NCBI GenBank assembly: GCA_041659405.1
Contig: JBAZYK010000002.1
Location: 127,974 to 159,973 of the forward strand
DNA length: 32,000 nucleotides
Origin: Candidatus Altimarinota bacterium
GTDB taxonomy: Bacteria > Patescibacteriota > Gracilibacteria > UBA1369
Reading direction: 5' to 3'
Part shown: positions 8,618-17,587 of the stretch, one piece after another
Layout: each line of letters opens with the position of its first letter
How positions within the stretch are numbered: position 1 is the stretch's first letter
The notes under the pieces: generated by a model
The model's database searches: none
Told to the model about the DNA's origin: nothing
The model's input: the letters and a program-made list of their open reading frames with translations, nothing else
Made by a program: the position numbers and the translations under genes

Positions 8618-10077
8618 AAAAACTATTACCAGCACTTTCTTTAATTCTTTTTTTAAGCTTTGTTACAAGCGGTCTTTACATTTTTGGACTTCCACCTTTT
8701 CAATCCGGCGGGCCATTTTTCCCTGCAGCTCCTCAAAATCCACAAACCGAACAGGGAACTCAAAAAGTGGAACGCAACAAAACCTACACCGAACACATTT
8801 CACGTGGCGCATTATTGGAACAAAACGGTTATTACAGCCTGGCCATTGCCGAATATGAAGCAGCCAGCAAACTTGATCTAACAAATCCGGAACCATTTGT
8901 GAAAATTGGACGCATTCACTTATTGAATCATGAATATGATGCGGCCGTTGCAAACTTTCAACAAGCCAATAAACTCGCCCCAAACAACACCGACACCCTG
9001 GTTTATTTAGGAAGGTCTTACCTTGGAAATCGCCAAATCGACGAAGCCAAAAATCTTTTTGCCAACCTGAATGCCGATAGTCAAACCGCAAAATACTACC
9101 AAGGAATCATTGCTGCATTTAGCGGTGAATACGATAAAAGCAAAGATCTTCTAAAAAAAGCCGTAGAAATGGGCGGAAGCGATGACATCACCAAAAAAGC
9201 ACAAAATTATTTGAATGCTTTTAACGAATTTAATTTCAATCAGGGTGGAGAACCGATTCATTTAAAAGCTTTGCTGGCCCGCAGTTTTAATCAAACCGGA
9301 GAATATCAATTAGCGATTCCACTGCTTTTTGATGTCATTAAAGCCCAAAAAGATTATCGTGATGCCTGGGTTTTACTTGGATATGCCTACCTAAGCATCG
9401 ACAAATATCAGGACGCGCTGGAATCGCTAAATCAGGCCAAAAATCTGGATCCTCAAAAACCTGAAACTTATTATTTTCTTGGACTTACCTATTATGATTT
9501 AAATAATCTTCCGCTTGCCGCAGCCAATTTGGAACTTGCCAAAAAGAATGGTTTCCAGCCGGTTATTCAGATTAATCAAAAGCTTGCCGAGATTTATTTG
9601 CAACTTAAAGACTACAACAAATCCGCCCAAAATTATGAAAATGTTTTGGCCATCAACGATCAAGATATAAATTATTATATTAGACCAATCTGGCTCTATA
9701 CTGAAAAAACAAATCAACCGGATAAAGCTTTAAGCCTGGCCGAAAAGGCATACCTTAAACACCCCAATGAAGCCATGAGTTACAATTTGCTCGCCTGGGC
9801 CCAAATAAGCGCCGGACAATTGGATCAAGCCGAAAAAAACCTGCAAACCGGAATTAATATCGACCCGCAACTGGAAGCCATTTATCTAAATTTTGGCTTA
9901 TTAAACGAAAAAAAAGGTAACACAAGTCAGGCACTCACCTACTATCAAAAAGCCCACGACATGGGCAAAGGCAACTCCATCAGCGCTTCTGCTACCGAAC
10001 GTTATACAAACCTGGTCGCCAAGGTTAAGGGAGTCGACCCCAATACTTTAAAGGCCAACGTTCTAAATGCACAATAA
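8614..10077 (+). CDS. Secreted or membrane-anchored TPR repeat protein
   Basis: 487 aa; N-terminal hydrophobic signal or anchor (LLPALSLILFLSFVTSGLYIF) and many TPR units (e.g. AWVLLGYAYLSIDKYQDALESLNQAKNLDPQKPETYYFLGLTYYDLNNLPLAAANLELAKKNG). ATGA overlap with ruvC. Confidence 0.85.
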   Translation: MKKLLPALSLILFLSFVTSGLYIFGLPPFQSGGPFFPAAPQNPQTEQGTQKVERNKTYTEHISRGALLEQNGYYSLAIAEYEAASKLDLTNPEPFVKIGRIHLLNHEYDAAVANFQQANKLAPNNTDTLVYLGRSYLGNRQIDEAKNLFANLNADSQTAKYYQGIIAAFSGEYDKSKDLLKKAVEMGGSDDITKKAQNYLNAFNEFNFNQGGEPIHLKALLARSFNQTGEYQLAIPLLFDVIKAQKDYRDAWVLLGYAYLSIDKYQDALESLNQAKNLDPQKPETYYFLGLTYYDLNNLPLAAANLELAKKNGFQPVIQINQKLAEIYLQLKDYNKSAQNYENVLAINDQDINYYIRPIWLYTEKTNQPDKALSLAEKAYLKHPNEAMSYNLLAWAQISAGQLDQAEKNLQTGINIDPQLEAIYLNFGLLNEKKGNTSQALTYYQKAHDMGKGNSISASATERYTNLVAKVKGVDPNTLKANVLNAQ

Positions 10078-10118
10078 TACCAACATCACAAAGAAATAAT
10101 TATTTAATTTTCATTACA

Positions 10119-10913
10119 ATGCTCGTCTTAATCTCCATCTTAATTTTCATCCTGGGCCTAAGCTTTGGCAGCTTTTTAAGTGTTGTAATTAACCGACTCG
10201 AGACCAACGAAAAAGGAATCATTTTCGGCAGATCACATTGCGTTTTCTGCAAAAAAGTCCTTAAAAACCGTGATCTTGTACCACTATTAAGCATTCTTAT
10301 TTTAAAAGGAAAATGTCGTTTCTGTCATAAAAAAATCAGTTATGATTATTTCTTTATAGAATTAATGACAGGACTTTTGGCCGTTCTTACTTTTTTGAAA
10401 TTTCCATTTTTGATGGATGGAGTTTTTTACGGATGGCAACTACTTTCCTTTATTCTTTATTTTATTTTTGGATTATTTTTTATTGGAATCTTCTTTTCCG
10501 ATCTAAAAAACATGGAAATCCCCGACATGCTGCTCTTCCCTTTTATGGGAGTTTCCCTGATCGGTTCGCTATTCATAGCCAAAACCGGACTGGTTTCCAT
10601 TATTATTGCTACAGTGATTGCTTTGATCTTTTTTGGCGGACAAATCGTGCTCTCCAAGGGAAAATGGTTGGGTGAAGGTGACTTATATCTTGGCCTTGCC
10701 ATGGCTTTTATTTTTGGCTGGCAGCAATTTTTGATCGCAATTTGTTTAACTTACGCTATTGGCGCAATTTTAAGTTTAGGACTTATCGCCAGCAAAAAAG
10801 TTACACCAAAAACTCAGGTTCCTTTTGCACCTTTTATGGTTATGGGAAGCGTTTTAACCATCTTCCTGGGTGAAAGGATTTTGAACTGGTATCTGCAACT
10901 TCTGAATTTCTAA
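10119..10913 (+). CDS. pilD: Prepilin peptidase / A24 leader peptidase with N-terminal methyltransferase-type Cys motif
   Basis: GLSFGSFLSVVINRLE, CVFCKK...CRFCHKK cysteine pairs, FFSDLKNMEIPD and GEGDLYLGLAMAF aspartate motifs, multiple TM segments. Confidence 0.92.
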   Translation: MLVLISILIFILGLSFGSFLSVVINRLETNEKGIIFGRSHCVFCKKVLKNRDLVPLLSILILKGKCRFCHKKISYDYFFIELMTGLLAVLTFLKFPFLMDGVFYGWQLLSFILYFIFGLFFIGIFFSDLKNMEIPDMLLFPFMGVSLIGSLFIAKTGLVSIIIATVIALIFFGGQIVLSKGKWLGEGDLYLGLAMAFIFGWQQFLIAICLTYAIGAILSLGLIASKKVTPKTQVPFAPFMVMGSVLTIFLGERILNWYLQLLNF

Positions 10914-10921
10914 TTTTAATT

Positions 10922-12511
10922 ATGGCAACAAAAAAAGTTTATCTTATGATTTTGGATGGTTTTGGTGAGGGCAAAGATTACCCGGGCAATGCCATTACTC
11001 ACGCCAAAATGCCAAACTTGAATCGTTTAAGAAAAGAATATCCGGTGGCGTTACTTCAAGCTCACGGTGAAGCGGTTGGCTTACCGGCAGGAACACAGGG
11101 TGGATCGGAAGTCGGACATTTTACCATGGGCGCGGGAAGAATTGTTTTTCAAAAACTTGAAGAAATAAACCGCAGCATTAAAGACAAAAGTTTTTTCAAA
11201 AAAAAGCCTCTTTTAAAAGCCTTAAATAAAGTTCAAAAAACTCCAAAATCAGCTTTGCACCTTTTAGGAATGATTTCCGATCAGGGAGTTCATTCACATT
11301 TAAATCACCTGTTCGCACTTTTGGAAATGGCAAAAAAGGCTAAAGTTGGCCCTGTCTACATTCATGCCATTACAGATGGCCGTGATGTTCCCGAAAGAAC
11401 CGCCGAAAAATTCATCAAACGAATTCAGGCAAAAATCCATGAACTCAAAATGGATCAACCTTTCAAAACCGGCAATGGCGATAAACTTCAATTTCAAGCC
11501 AAAATTGCCACCATCATCGGCCGCTATTACGCCATGGATCGTGACAATAATTGGGATCGCACTCAAAAAGCTTATGACCTTTATACTGTTGGAAAAGGCC
11601 TCAAAGAAACCAATCCCATCAAAGCTATCAAAAATTCTTACGCCAGTGGTATCAAAACCGATTATTATATTGAGCCGATTTTGCTTGATGAACATGGCCT
11701 GATCAAACCAAAAGACTCGGTAATATTCTGGAATTTCCGCACGGATCGAACACGCCAGATCACCCAATGTTTTACAGGAGAAGCTAAAATTGGCTTTAAA
11801 CCAGCTAAAACTGTTCATCCATTTTTTGTTTGCTTTGGCGACTATTCAACCAAAGCGGAAGTTGTGTACTCAACCAAAGCTGTAAAAAACAATCTTGGAG
11901 ATATTTTAAGTCAGCATAAAATCCATCAACTTAGGATAGCCGAAACCGAAAAATACGCACATGTTACCTATTTTTTTAATAGCCAAGTTGAAAAACCTTT
12001 TGCCCTTGAAGATCGAATTTTAATCGATTCTCCAAAAACGCCTTCTTATGCCCAAAAACCGGCAATGAGCGCACAAGCAATTGCTGATCGCGCCATTCAA
12101 GAAATTAAAAAAAATAAATTCCAGGTGATTATCCAAAACTTTGCCAATGCCGATCTGGTAGGCCATTCCGGCGATTACAAAGCCACTGTAAAAGCTTTGG
12201 AAGCTATTGATAAGTGTATAGGCGAAATCGTTCCCACAGCTTTAGCCAATGGTTACGATTTTATTTTAACCGCAGATCACGGCAACGCCGAATATATGAT
12301 TTACCCAAATGGAGATCAGTGTCCTTCCCACACAATCAATCCGGTTATTTGCCTGGTTGCCAAAAGCCAATCCCCACTTGCAGCAGAAACCAAAAACAAG
12401 TATAGATTAAGCAAAAAAGGTGGCCTTGAAGATATAGCTCCAACCATGCTTGATTTGTTAAATATCAAAAAACCCAAAGACATGACCGGACAATCCTTAA
12501 TAACTAATTAA
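10922..12511 (+). CDS. gpmI: 2,3-bisphosphoglycerate-independent phosphoglycerate mutase
   Basis: 529 aa; LMILDGFGEG, GSEVGHFTMGAGRI, HAITDGRDVPE, GRYYAMDRDNNWDR, NFRTDRTRQI, NADLVGHSGD, TADHGNAE. Confidence 0.96.
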   Translation: MATKKVYLMILDGFGEGKDYPGNAITHAKMPNLNRLRKEYPVALLQAHGEAVGLPAGTQGGSEVGHFTMGAGRIVFQKLEEINRSIKDKSFFKKKPLLKALNKVQKTPKSALHLLGMISDQGVHSHLNHLFALLEMAKKAKVGPVYIHAITDGRDVPERTAEKFIKRIQAKIHELKMDQPFKTGNGDKLQFQAKIATIIGRYYAMDRDNNWDRTQKAYDLYTVGKGLKETNPIKAIKNSYASGIKTDYYIEPILLDEHGLIKPKDSVIFWNFRTDRTRQITQCFTGEAKIGFKPAKTVHPFFVCFGDYSTKAEVVYSTKAVKNNLGDILSQHKIHQLRIAETEKYAHVTYFFNSQVEKPFALEDRILIDSPKTPSYAQKPAMSAQAIADRAIQEIKKNKFQVIIQNFANADLVGHSGDYKATVKALEAIDKCIGEIVPTALANGYDFILTADHGNAEYMIYPNGDQCPSHTINPVICLVAKSQSPLAAETKNKYRLSKKGGLEDIAPTMLDLLNIKKPKDMTGQSLITN

Positions 12512-13599
12512 TGAAAGCAGTAATCTTAGCCGGCGGAACAGGTACACGCCTTTGGCCATTAAGCAGAGTTGATAAACCAAAACAGTTTCAAAAACTGATC
12601 AGTAACAAAACCATGCTTCAGGAAACCATTGAGCGGCTGAACTTTTTAAAGCCCGAGCATATTTACGTTTCGACTAATCATAAATATCTGGAAGTTGTCC
12701 GTGAACAGGTAAAAGGTAAAATTCCACTGGAAAATATAATTGTTGAGCCGGATTTGCGGGATACCGCACCATGTATTGGTCTGGCCGCAGCTTATTTGGC
12801 AAAAAAGTATCCTCATGACGTGATGAGTATTATTTACGCCGATCATCTTGTACAAAAAAAGGATGAGTTTATCAAAAAGATAAAAATTGCCGAAAAACTC
12901 GCCCATGACGAAAACACACTTAATGTTATTGAAGTAAAAGCCAAGTTCCCCAATGTTAATCTGGGATATGTGAAAATTGGCAAAGTTTTAAAAGAAATTA
13001 ACGGAGTCGAAATTTTCTCTTTTGAAAAATTTGTGGAGAAGCCGGATTTGGCTAAAGCAAGAGTCTTTTTGCAATCATATAAGTATCTCTGGAATACCGG
13101 TTTTTATGTCTGGAGAATTGATACCATCCTTAAAAAATTCAAAAAATATTTGCCCACCACCTATAAAAATCTGATGAAAATTCAGCAAAAAATAGGTACC
13201 AAAGAAGAGCAAAAGGCGCTAAAAACTTATTATCCTTTATGCGATAAAATCTCCATCGATTATGGCATTATGGAAAAAGTCGACCCCAAAGAAGTGCGCA
13301 TCATTCCGGCCGAACTTGGCTGGAGCGACGTTGGAACATGGGAATCAATCTTTGACGAACTTTCTGAAAAAGAAACTTCCAATCTGGTCAAAGGCAAACA
13401 TCTTGCCATAGACACAAAAGGAACACTGGTTTATGGTGACGAAAAAAAACTTATTGCCACCATCGGTTTGGAAGATATAGTAATCGTCGATACCAAAGAT
13501 GCGCTGCTTGTATGCAAAAAAGATCGCAGCCACGACGTTAAAAAACTGGTTGAAAAATTAAAAAACAATAAAACCGCCCATTTTAAAAAATTGCTTTAA
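12511..13599 (+). CDS. manC: Mannose-1-phosphate guanylyltransferase
   Basis: 362 aa; AVILAGGTGTRLWPLSRVDKPKQF, VEPDLRDTAPCIGLAA, FVEKPD, WNTGFYVWR, LGWSDVGTWES. TAATG overlap with gpmI. Confidence 0.93.
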   Translation: MKAVILAGGTGTRLWPLSRVDKPKQFQKLISNKTMLQETIERLNFLKPEHIYVSTNHKYLEVVREQVKGKIPLENIIVEPDLRDTAPCIGLAAAYLAKKYPHDVMSIIYADHLVQKKDEFIKKIKIAEKLAHDENTLNVIEVKAKFPNVNLGYVKIGKVLKEINGVEIFSFEKFVEKPDLAKARVFLQSYKYLWNTGFYVWRIDTILKKFKKYLPTTYKNLMKIQQKIGTKEEQKALKTYYPLCDKISIDYGIMEKVDPKEVRIIPAELGWSDVGTWESIFDELSEKETSNLVKGKHLAIDTKGTLVYGDEKKLIATIGLEDIVIVDTKDALLVCKKDRSHDVKKLVEKLKNNKTAHFKKLL

Positions 13600-13605
13600 A
13601 GTAAT

Positions 13606-14022
13606 ATGAACCAACAAATGCCAATAAAAATCAAGGAAAAGCCGTGGGGACGTGAAGTTTGGTTTGCCCACACTAATGCTTATGCCGGCAAAATCCTTGA
13701 AGTGCGAAAAAGTGCTCGACTTTCGCTTCAGTATCACGAAAAAAAATGTGAGACCCAATATGTTTTTGAAGGAAAAATAAAACTCACCTATGGACCAGAC
13801 GAGCAAAACCTGCAAGAGTTGATCTTAAATCCTGGTGACAAATTTGACATCTTTCCATATACTCTCCACCGCATAGAGGGACTTGAAGATTCCAAAATCT
13901 TTGAAGTTTCCACTCCCGAGCTTGATGACGTAGTAAAGCTTGCTGACGATTACGGAAGAAGTGGCAAAGGTAACAACGAAGAGCTCGATAGCGAACTAGC
14001 TAAGGATATGCTTCAGATCTGA
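13606..14022 (+). CDS. Cupin-domain protein, mannose-6-phosphate isomerase (type II C-terminal)-like
   Basis: 138 aa; EKPWGREVWF, SLQYHEKKCETQYVFEGKIKLTYG, LNPGDKFDIFPYTLHRIE cupin signature. Located directly after manC. Confidence 0.8.
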   Translation: MNQQMPIKIKEKPWGREVWFAHTNAYAGKILEVRKSARLSLQYHEKKCETQYVFEGKIKLTYGPDEQNLQELILNPGDKFDIFPYTLHRIEGLEDSKIFEVSTPELDDVVKLADDYGRSGKGNNEELDSELAKDMLQI

Positions 14023-14060
14023 ACACAATTTTTTAATTCTTAATCAATCATCTTCAAGCT

Positions 14061-17000
14061 ATGAAGAATCGACACTTTCTTAAGGTAGGAATCATAATTC
14101 TCACCGCTTTAATTCTGGGGTTTATTGATCTACCTGCCCAATATCAACAAAAACTCATCGGGGCCAGCCCAACCGGGACTCAATTAAACATACTGGATAG
14201 TCTAAAAAAATCTCTACTGGATAGCAACTTTCATCTTGGCCTGGACTTACAAGGAGGCTCTCAGCTCGATTATCAAATCGACCTTCGCAAAGTGCCATCA
14301 AAGGATCAACAAAACATTATCGATGGTGTTGTTAATGTCATCAACAACCGTGTTAATGGCTTAGGCGTATCTGAACCGAACATTTATGTTTCTTCCGTAG
14401 CCGATGAAAAACATATCGTTGTGGAACTCGCCGGAATCAAAGACTTGGAAGAAGCAAAAGCAATAGTAGGTAAGACCATTCAGCTGGAGTTTAAGGAAAG
14501 GAAAAAAACTGCTGACACAACTTCTGATTCTACCGCAAAAGCGGGAGCAGAAGCTCTTTTGGCAAAAGTTAAAACCGGAGGAGACCTTGCCCTGCTAGGA
14601 AAACAGGAACAACAAGCCAATCCTGAAAAAGTTACCCACACAGAAAGTGATTATCAATATAAAGATGAAACTTCAACAGAAATAGCAGACATCCTTTTTA
14701 ATACATTAAAAGTTGGCGAGGTTTACAGCCAAATTGTAAGTGCCAGTGGATCTTATACCGTTGATTCAAGCGGAAATCTTACTCAAAACAAAGGATATGA
14801 AACAATTAAACTGGTTGATAAACGTGATCAACAAAGAACAATTGATAACAAAGCTTCCGCAAAAGTTGCACACATTTTAATTGCCTATAAAGGAGCTTCC
14901 AAAGCAGATGCAGGTGTAGCAAGAACAAAAGATGAAGCTAAAAAATTGGCTGACGATATTTTAAAGAAAATCCAGGGTGGTGAAAATTTTGAGAACCTGG
15001 CTAAACAATATTCAGATGACAAAGCCGATAAAGACCAGGGTGGATTATTACCAAACCCGGTCACCGGTCCGGGCGATGGTTACGTAAAACCATTTGAAGA
15101 TGCCGCCCTGGCTTTAAAGAAAAACGGCGATCTTTCCCCTGTTACAGAAAGTGAGTTTGGTTTCCACCTTATTAAGGGAATCGAAATCAAAGCAGCTTCA
15201 ACCGAAACAAAGACAGAATCACAAGTTAAATACATCAGTACTTTCTATAGTGCTGCTCCGGATGAATGGCAGGATACTGGCTTAACAGGAGCACAATTCA
15301 TACATGCAGATACCGAATTCACTCAGCTTGCTCAACCATATGTGACTATCCAATTTAATGACGAAGGAGCAAAACTTTTTGAACAAATCACCGAAAGAAA
15401 TGTTGGACAACCGGTTGCAATCTTTGTTGGTGGTAAATTGATTTCTTCCCCAAAGGTAAACGAAAAAATTTCCGGAGGAAAAGCTCAAATCACCGGCAAC
15501 TACACACTTGATGAAGCCAGCAATCTTGCCCGCGACTTAAATACAGGTGCAATTCCTGCACCAATCGTTTTGGCAGGACAAAACACTATCGGGGCCACAT
15601 TGGGCCAGGACGCGCTAAATAAGAGTTTATGGGCAGGTCTTATCGGCTTTATCTTGATAGCTTTGTTCATGACCCTTTACTATCGTCTACCTGGTTTATT
15701 GGCGGTAGTGGCTTTGATGGTCTACTCAATCATCATGCTTTTCTTGATAAAAATTGCCTTACCAATTGGCTGGGCTTTAGCAATTTCCATTGGCGTTTTT
15801 GTCTATTTGATTACCCGCATCTTAAACTCCAAAGAATCTGGTCCGGAAAAAGGAATTTCCCTGATTCTTTCTTGTTTCATTCTCTTCTTCTTAAGCTTCT
15901 TACTTTCCACACCAATCGTTATGACTTTAGCCGGTATTGCCGGTGTGATCCTTTCAATTGGTATGGCTGTTGATGCCAATATTCTTATCTTTGAAAGAGT
16001 TAAAGAAGAACTTCGTGATGGCAGACCATTAAGCGCCGCTATTGAAATCGGTTTTGACCGTGCTTGGAGCAGTATTCGTGATTCAAACTTCTCTTCCCTG
16101 ATCACTTGCAGCATCCTTTTCTACTTTGGAAGCTCAATCATTCAAGGTTTTGCCTTCAACCTTGCTGCCGGTATTTTGGTTTCCATGTTCACGGCAATCA
16201 CAGTGAGCAAAACTCTTATTGGAGCTTTAACAAGAACTAAACTGGCTGACAAACTTTGGTTATTCGGCGCTCCAAAAAATAAAGAAAGAAAACTTTGGCC
16301 AATCATCCAAACTCGCAAAATTTCTTACATCATTTCAGGAGCTTTGCTTGTTATTGCCCTAATTGGTATCCCGGCTTTTGGCATTAAATTAGGCTTGGAC
16401 TTCACGGGAGGAACTTTGATGGAACTAAAATTCAAAACTCTCCAGGGTGAACAAATGCAACAAATCAGTCTAATCGAAAAAGCATTAACAGAAAGCACCA
16501 ATGCTTTGAATCAAAAAGTAACAACTCCGGCTGCCAACAATAATCAACCGGCTATAACCGGAACAGACAGCAAGATTGACCTTGGGACTCCACATATCGT
16601 TCCAAGTGAGCAGGGTTACCTGATCAAGACCAAAACCATCACTTCGGATCAGCACGACCAATTGCTCGTACAACTCAAACAACGCTTAGGTGATTTTGAA
16701 GAGGTTCACTTTAACACTGTTGGCCCAACAGTAGGAGAAAGCTTACGTTACAAAGCAATCTTTGCCGTTATTATAGCGAGTTTGATGATCATCATTTACA
16801 TTGCTTTCGCTTTCCGCAGAATTCCTCGCCACATTGGTAAATGGAAATTCGGTACAGCGGCTGTTGTTGCCCTTTTGCATGATCTTGGCATTATGCTTGG
16901 TGTTTATGTTTACTTTGGTGTGTTCTTTGGAGTACAGATCGATGCCCTGTTTATTACAGCCATGCTCACGGTTCTTGGCTTCTCGGTGCACGACACAATC

Positions 17001-17303
17001 GTAGTATTCGATCGTATCCGTGAAAAACTTAAGTATCAAAAACGTGATGAAAGCTTCACGGAAGTTTCTAACCAGGCTGTAAACGAAACTATTGCCCGTT
17101 CTATCAATACTTCACTTGCAGTATTCCTGACTTTACTTGCTTTAGCGATCTTTGGAGCTGAAAGCGTCCGCTTCTTTGTCATAACCTTAATGGTTGGTAT
17201 CGTTGCCGGTACTTATTCTTCAATCTTTATAGCTACACCTATTCTGGTTGATTGGAACTTGTACAACGCAAAAAAGAAGCTGGAAGGCGGCAAGAAGAAA
17301 TAA
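14061..17303 (+). CDS. secDF: SecD-SecF fusion protein translocase with inserted parvulin-type peptidyl-prolyl isomerase domain
   Basis: 1080 aa; SecD motif HLGLDLQGGSQLDYQID, SecD TM region LAGIAGVILSIGMAVDANILIFERVKEEL, SecF motif IKLGLDFTGGTLMELKF, SecF TM region VLGFSVHDTIVVFDRIRE. Internal parvulin domain AKVAHILIAYKG...DDKADKDQGGLLP...FGFHLIKGIEIK. Confidence 0.93.
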   Translation: MKNRHFLKVGIIILTALILGFIDLPAQYQQKLIGASPTGTQLNILDSLKKSLLDSNFHLGLDLQGGSQLDYQIDLRKVPSKDQQNIIDGVVNVINNRVNGLGVSEPNIYVSSVADEKHIVVELAGIKDLEEAKAIVGKTIQLEFKERKKTADTTSDSTAKAGAEALLAKVKTGGDLALLGKQEQQANPEKVTHTESDYQYKDETSTEIADILFNTLKVGEVYSQIVSASGSYTVDSSGNLTQNKGYETIKLVDKRDQQRTIDNKASAKVAHILIAYKGASKADAGVARTKDEAKKLADDILKKIQGGENFENLAKQYSDDKADKDQGGLLPNPVTGPGDGYVKPFEDAALALKKNGDLSPVTESEFGFHLIKGIEIKAASTETKTESQVKYISTFYSAAPDEWQDTGLTGAQFIHADTEFTQLAQPYVTIQFNDEGAKLFEQITERNVGQPVAIFVGGKLISSPKVNEKISGGKAQITGNYTLDEASNLARDLNTGAIPAPIVLAGQNTIGATLGQDALNKSLWAGLIGFILIALFMTLYYRLPGLLAVVALMVYSIIMLFLIKIALPIGWALAISIGVFVYLITRILNSKESGPEKGISLILSCFILFFLSFLLSTPIVMTLAGIAGVILSIGMAVDANILIFERVKEELRDGRPLSAAIEIGFDRAWSSIRDSNFSSLITCSILFYFGSSIIQGFAFNLAAGILVSMFTAITVSKTLIGALTRTKLADKLWLFGAPKNKERKLWPIIQTRKISYIISGALLVIALIGIPAFGIKLGLDFTGGTLMELKFKTLQGEQMQQISLIEKALTESTNALNQKVTTPAANNNQPAITGTDSKIDLGTPHIVPSEQGYLIKTKTITSDQHDQLLVQLKQRLGDFEEVHFNTVGPTVGESLRYKAIFAVIIASLMIIIYIAFAFRRIPRHIGKWKFGTAAVVALLHDLGIMLGVYVYFGVFFGVQIDALFITAMLTVLGFSVHDTIVVFDRIREKLKYQKRDESFTEVSNQAVNETIARSINTSLAVFLTLLALAIFGAESVRFFVITLMVGIVAGTYSSIFIATPILVDWNLYNAKKKLEGGKKK
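14851..15195 (+). other. Parvulin (PpiC-type rotamase) domain-coding insert within secD
   Basis: KVAHILIAYKG, AKKLADDILKKIQGGENFENLAKQYSDDKADKDQGGLL, KPFEDAALALKKNGDLSPVTESEFGFHLIKGIEIK matches the canonical PpiC/SurA/PrsA rotamase pattern. Confidence 0.9.
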
Positions 17304-17333
17304 TTAAACCTAAAGTTAAAACCACTAAAAAAG

Positions 17334-17364
17334 GTCCTTTCCCTAAAAAAGAGAGGACTTTTTT
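17334..17364 (+). terminator. Rho-independent terminator downstream of secDF
   Basis: GTCCT (17334-17338) pairs with AGGAC (17354-17358), with possible further pairing (TTTC/GAGA), followed immediately by a T-run. Confidence 0.8.
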
Positions 17365-17375
17365 AAAAAAGTAAG

Positions 17376-17381
17376 TATAAT
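17376..17381 (+). promoter_or_regulatory. Candidate -10 box (TATAAT) for tRNA-Arg
   Basis: Exact TATAAT 30 nt upstream of the tRNA 5' end. No good -35; that position falls in the preceding terminator. Confidence 0.6.
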
Positions 17382-17410
17382 GGGACCGCAAAACACCTTA
17401 AAAGCCTTAC

Positions 17411-17487
17411 GCGCCAATAGCTCAGCTGGATAGAGCGTCGGTCTTCGGAACCGAAGGTTGTGGGTTCGATTCCCTCTTGGCGCACCA
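17411..17487 (+). tRNA. tRNA-Arg (anticodon TCG/UCG), CCA encoded
   Basis: Acceptor GCGCCAA/TTGGCGC, D-arm AGCTCAGCTGGATAGAGC, anticodon arm TCGGT-CTTCGGA-ACCGA, T-arm GTGGGTTCGATTCCC, discriminator A followed by CCA. 77 nt. Confidence 0.97.
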
Positions 17488-17490
17488 ACA

Positions 17491-17577
17491 GATTTGCTAC
17501 GCAAATCCGGCCGGCCACTACGCCGGCCTAACAGACATGAGCGCAGCGAATGTCCGCGTCCGCCCTAAAGCGGACAT
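17491..17577. repeat. Cluster of consecutive short palindromes / stem-loops downstream of tRNA-Arg
   Basis: GATTTGC-TAC-GCAAATC (17491-17507); GGCCGGC-CACTAC-GCCGGCC (17509-17528); GACAT...ATGTC (17534-17554); GTCCGC-CCTAAA-GCGGAC (17558-17575), or alternatively ATGTCCGC...GCGGACAT (17550-17577). Confidence 0.8.
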
Positions 17578-17587
17578 AGCAAAAAAA

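Noticed and set aside
8663-9091. 142-aa minus-strand ORF
   Set aside because: Antisense to the TPR-protein gene, whose frame carries clear TPR repeats.
11300-11818. 172-aa minus-strand ORF (and the overlapping 11346-11702 plus-strand ORF) inside gpmI
   Set aside because: Fully contained in the strongly supported gpmI frame; the translations are Ser/Phe/Ile-rich, typical of antisense shadow ORFs.
15629-16114. Overlapping plus-strand 114-aa and minus-strand 103-aa ORFs
   Set aside because: Alternative frames of the SecD TM region in secDF.
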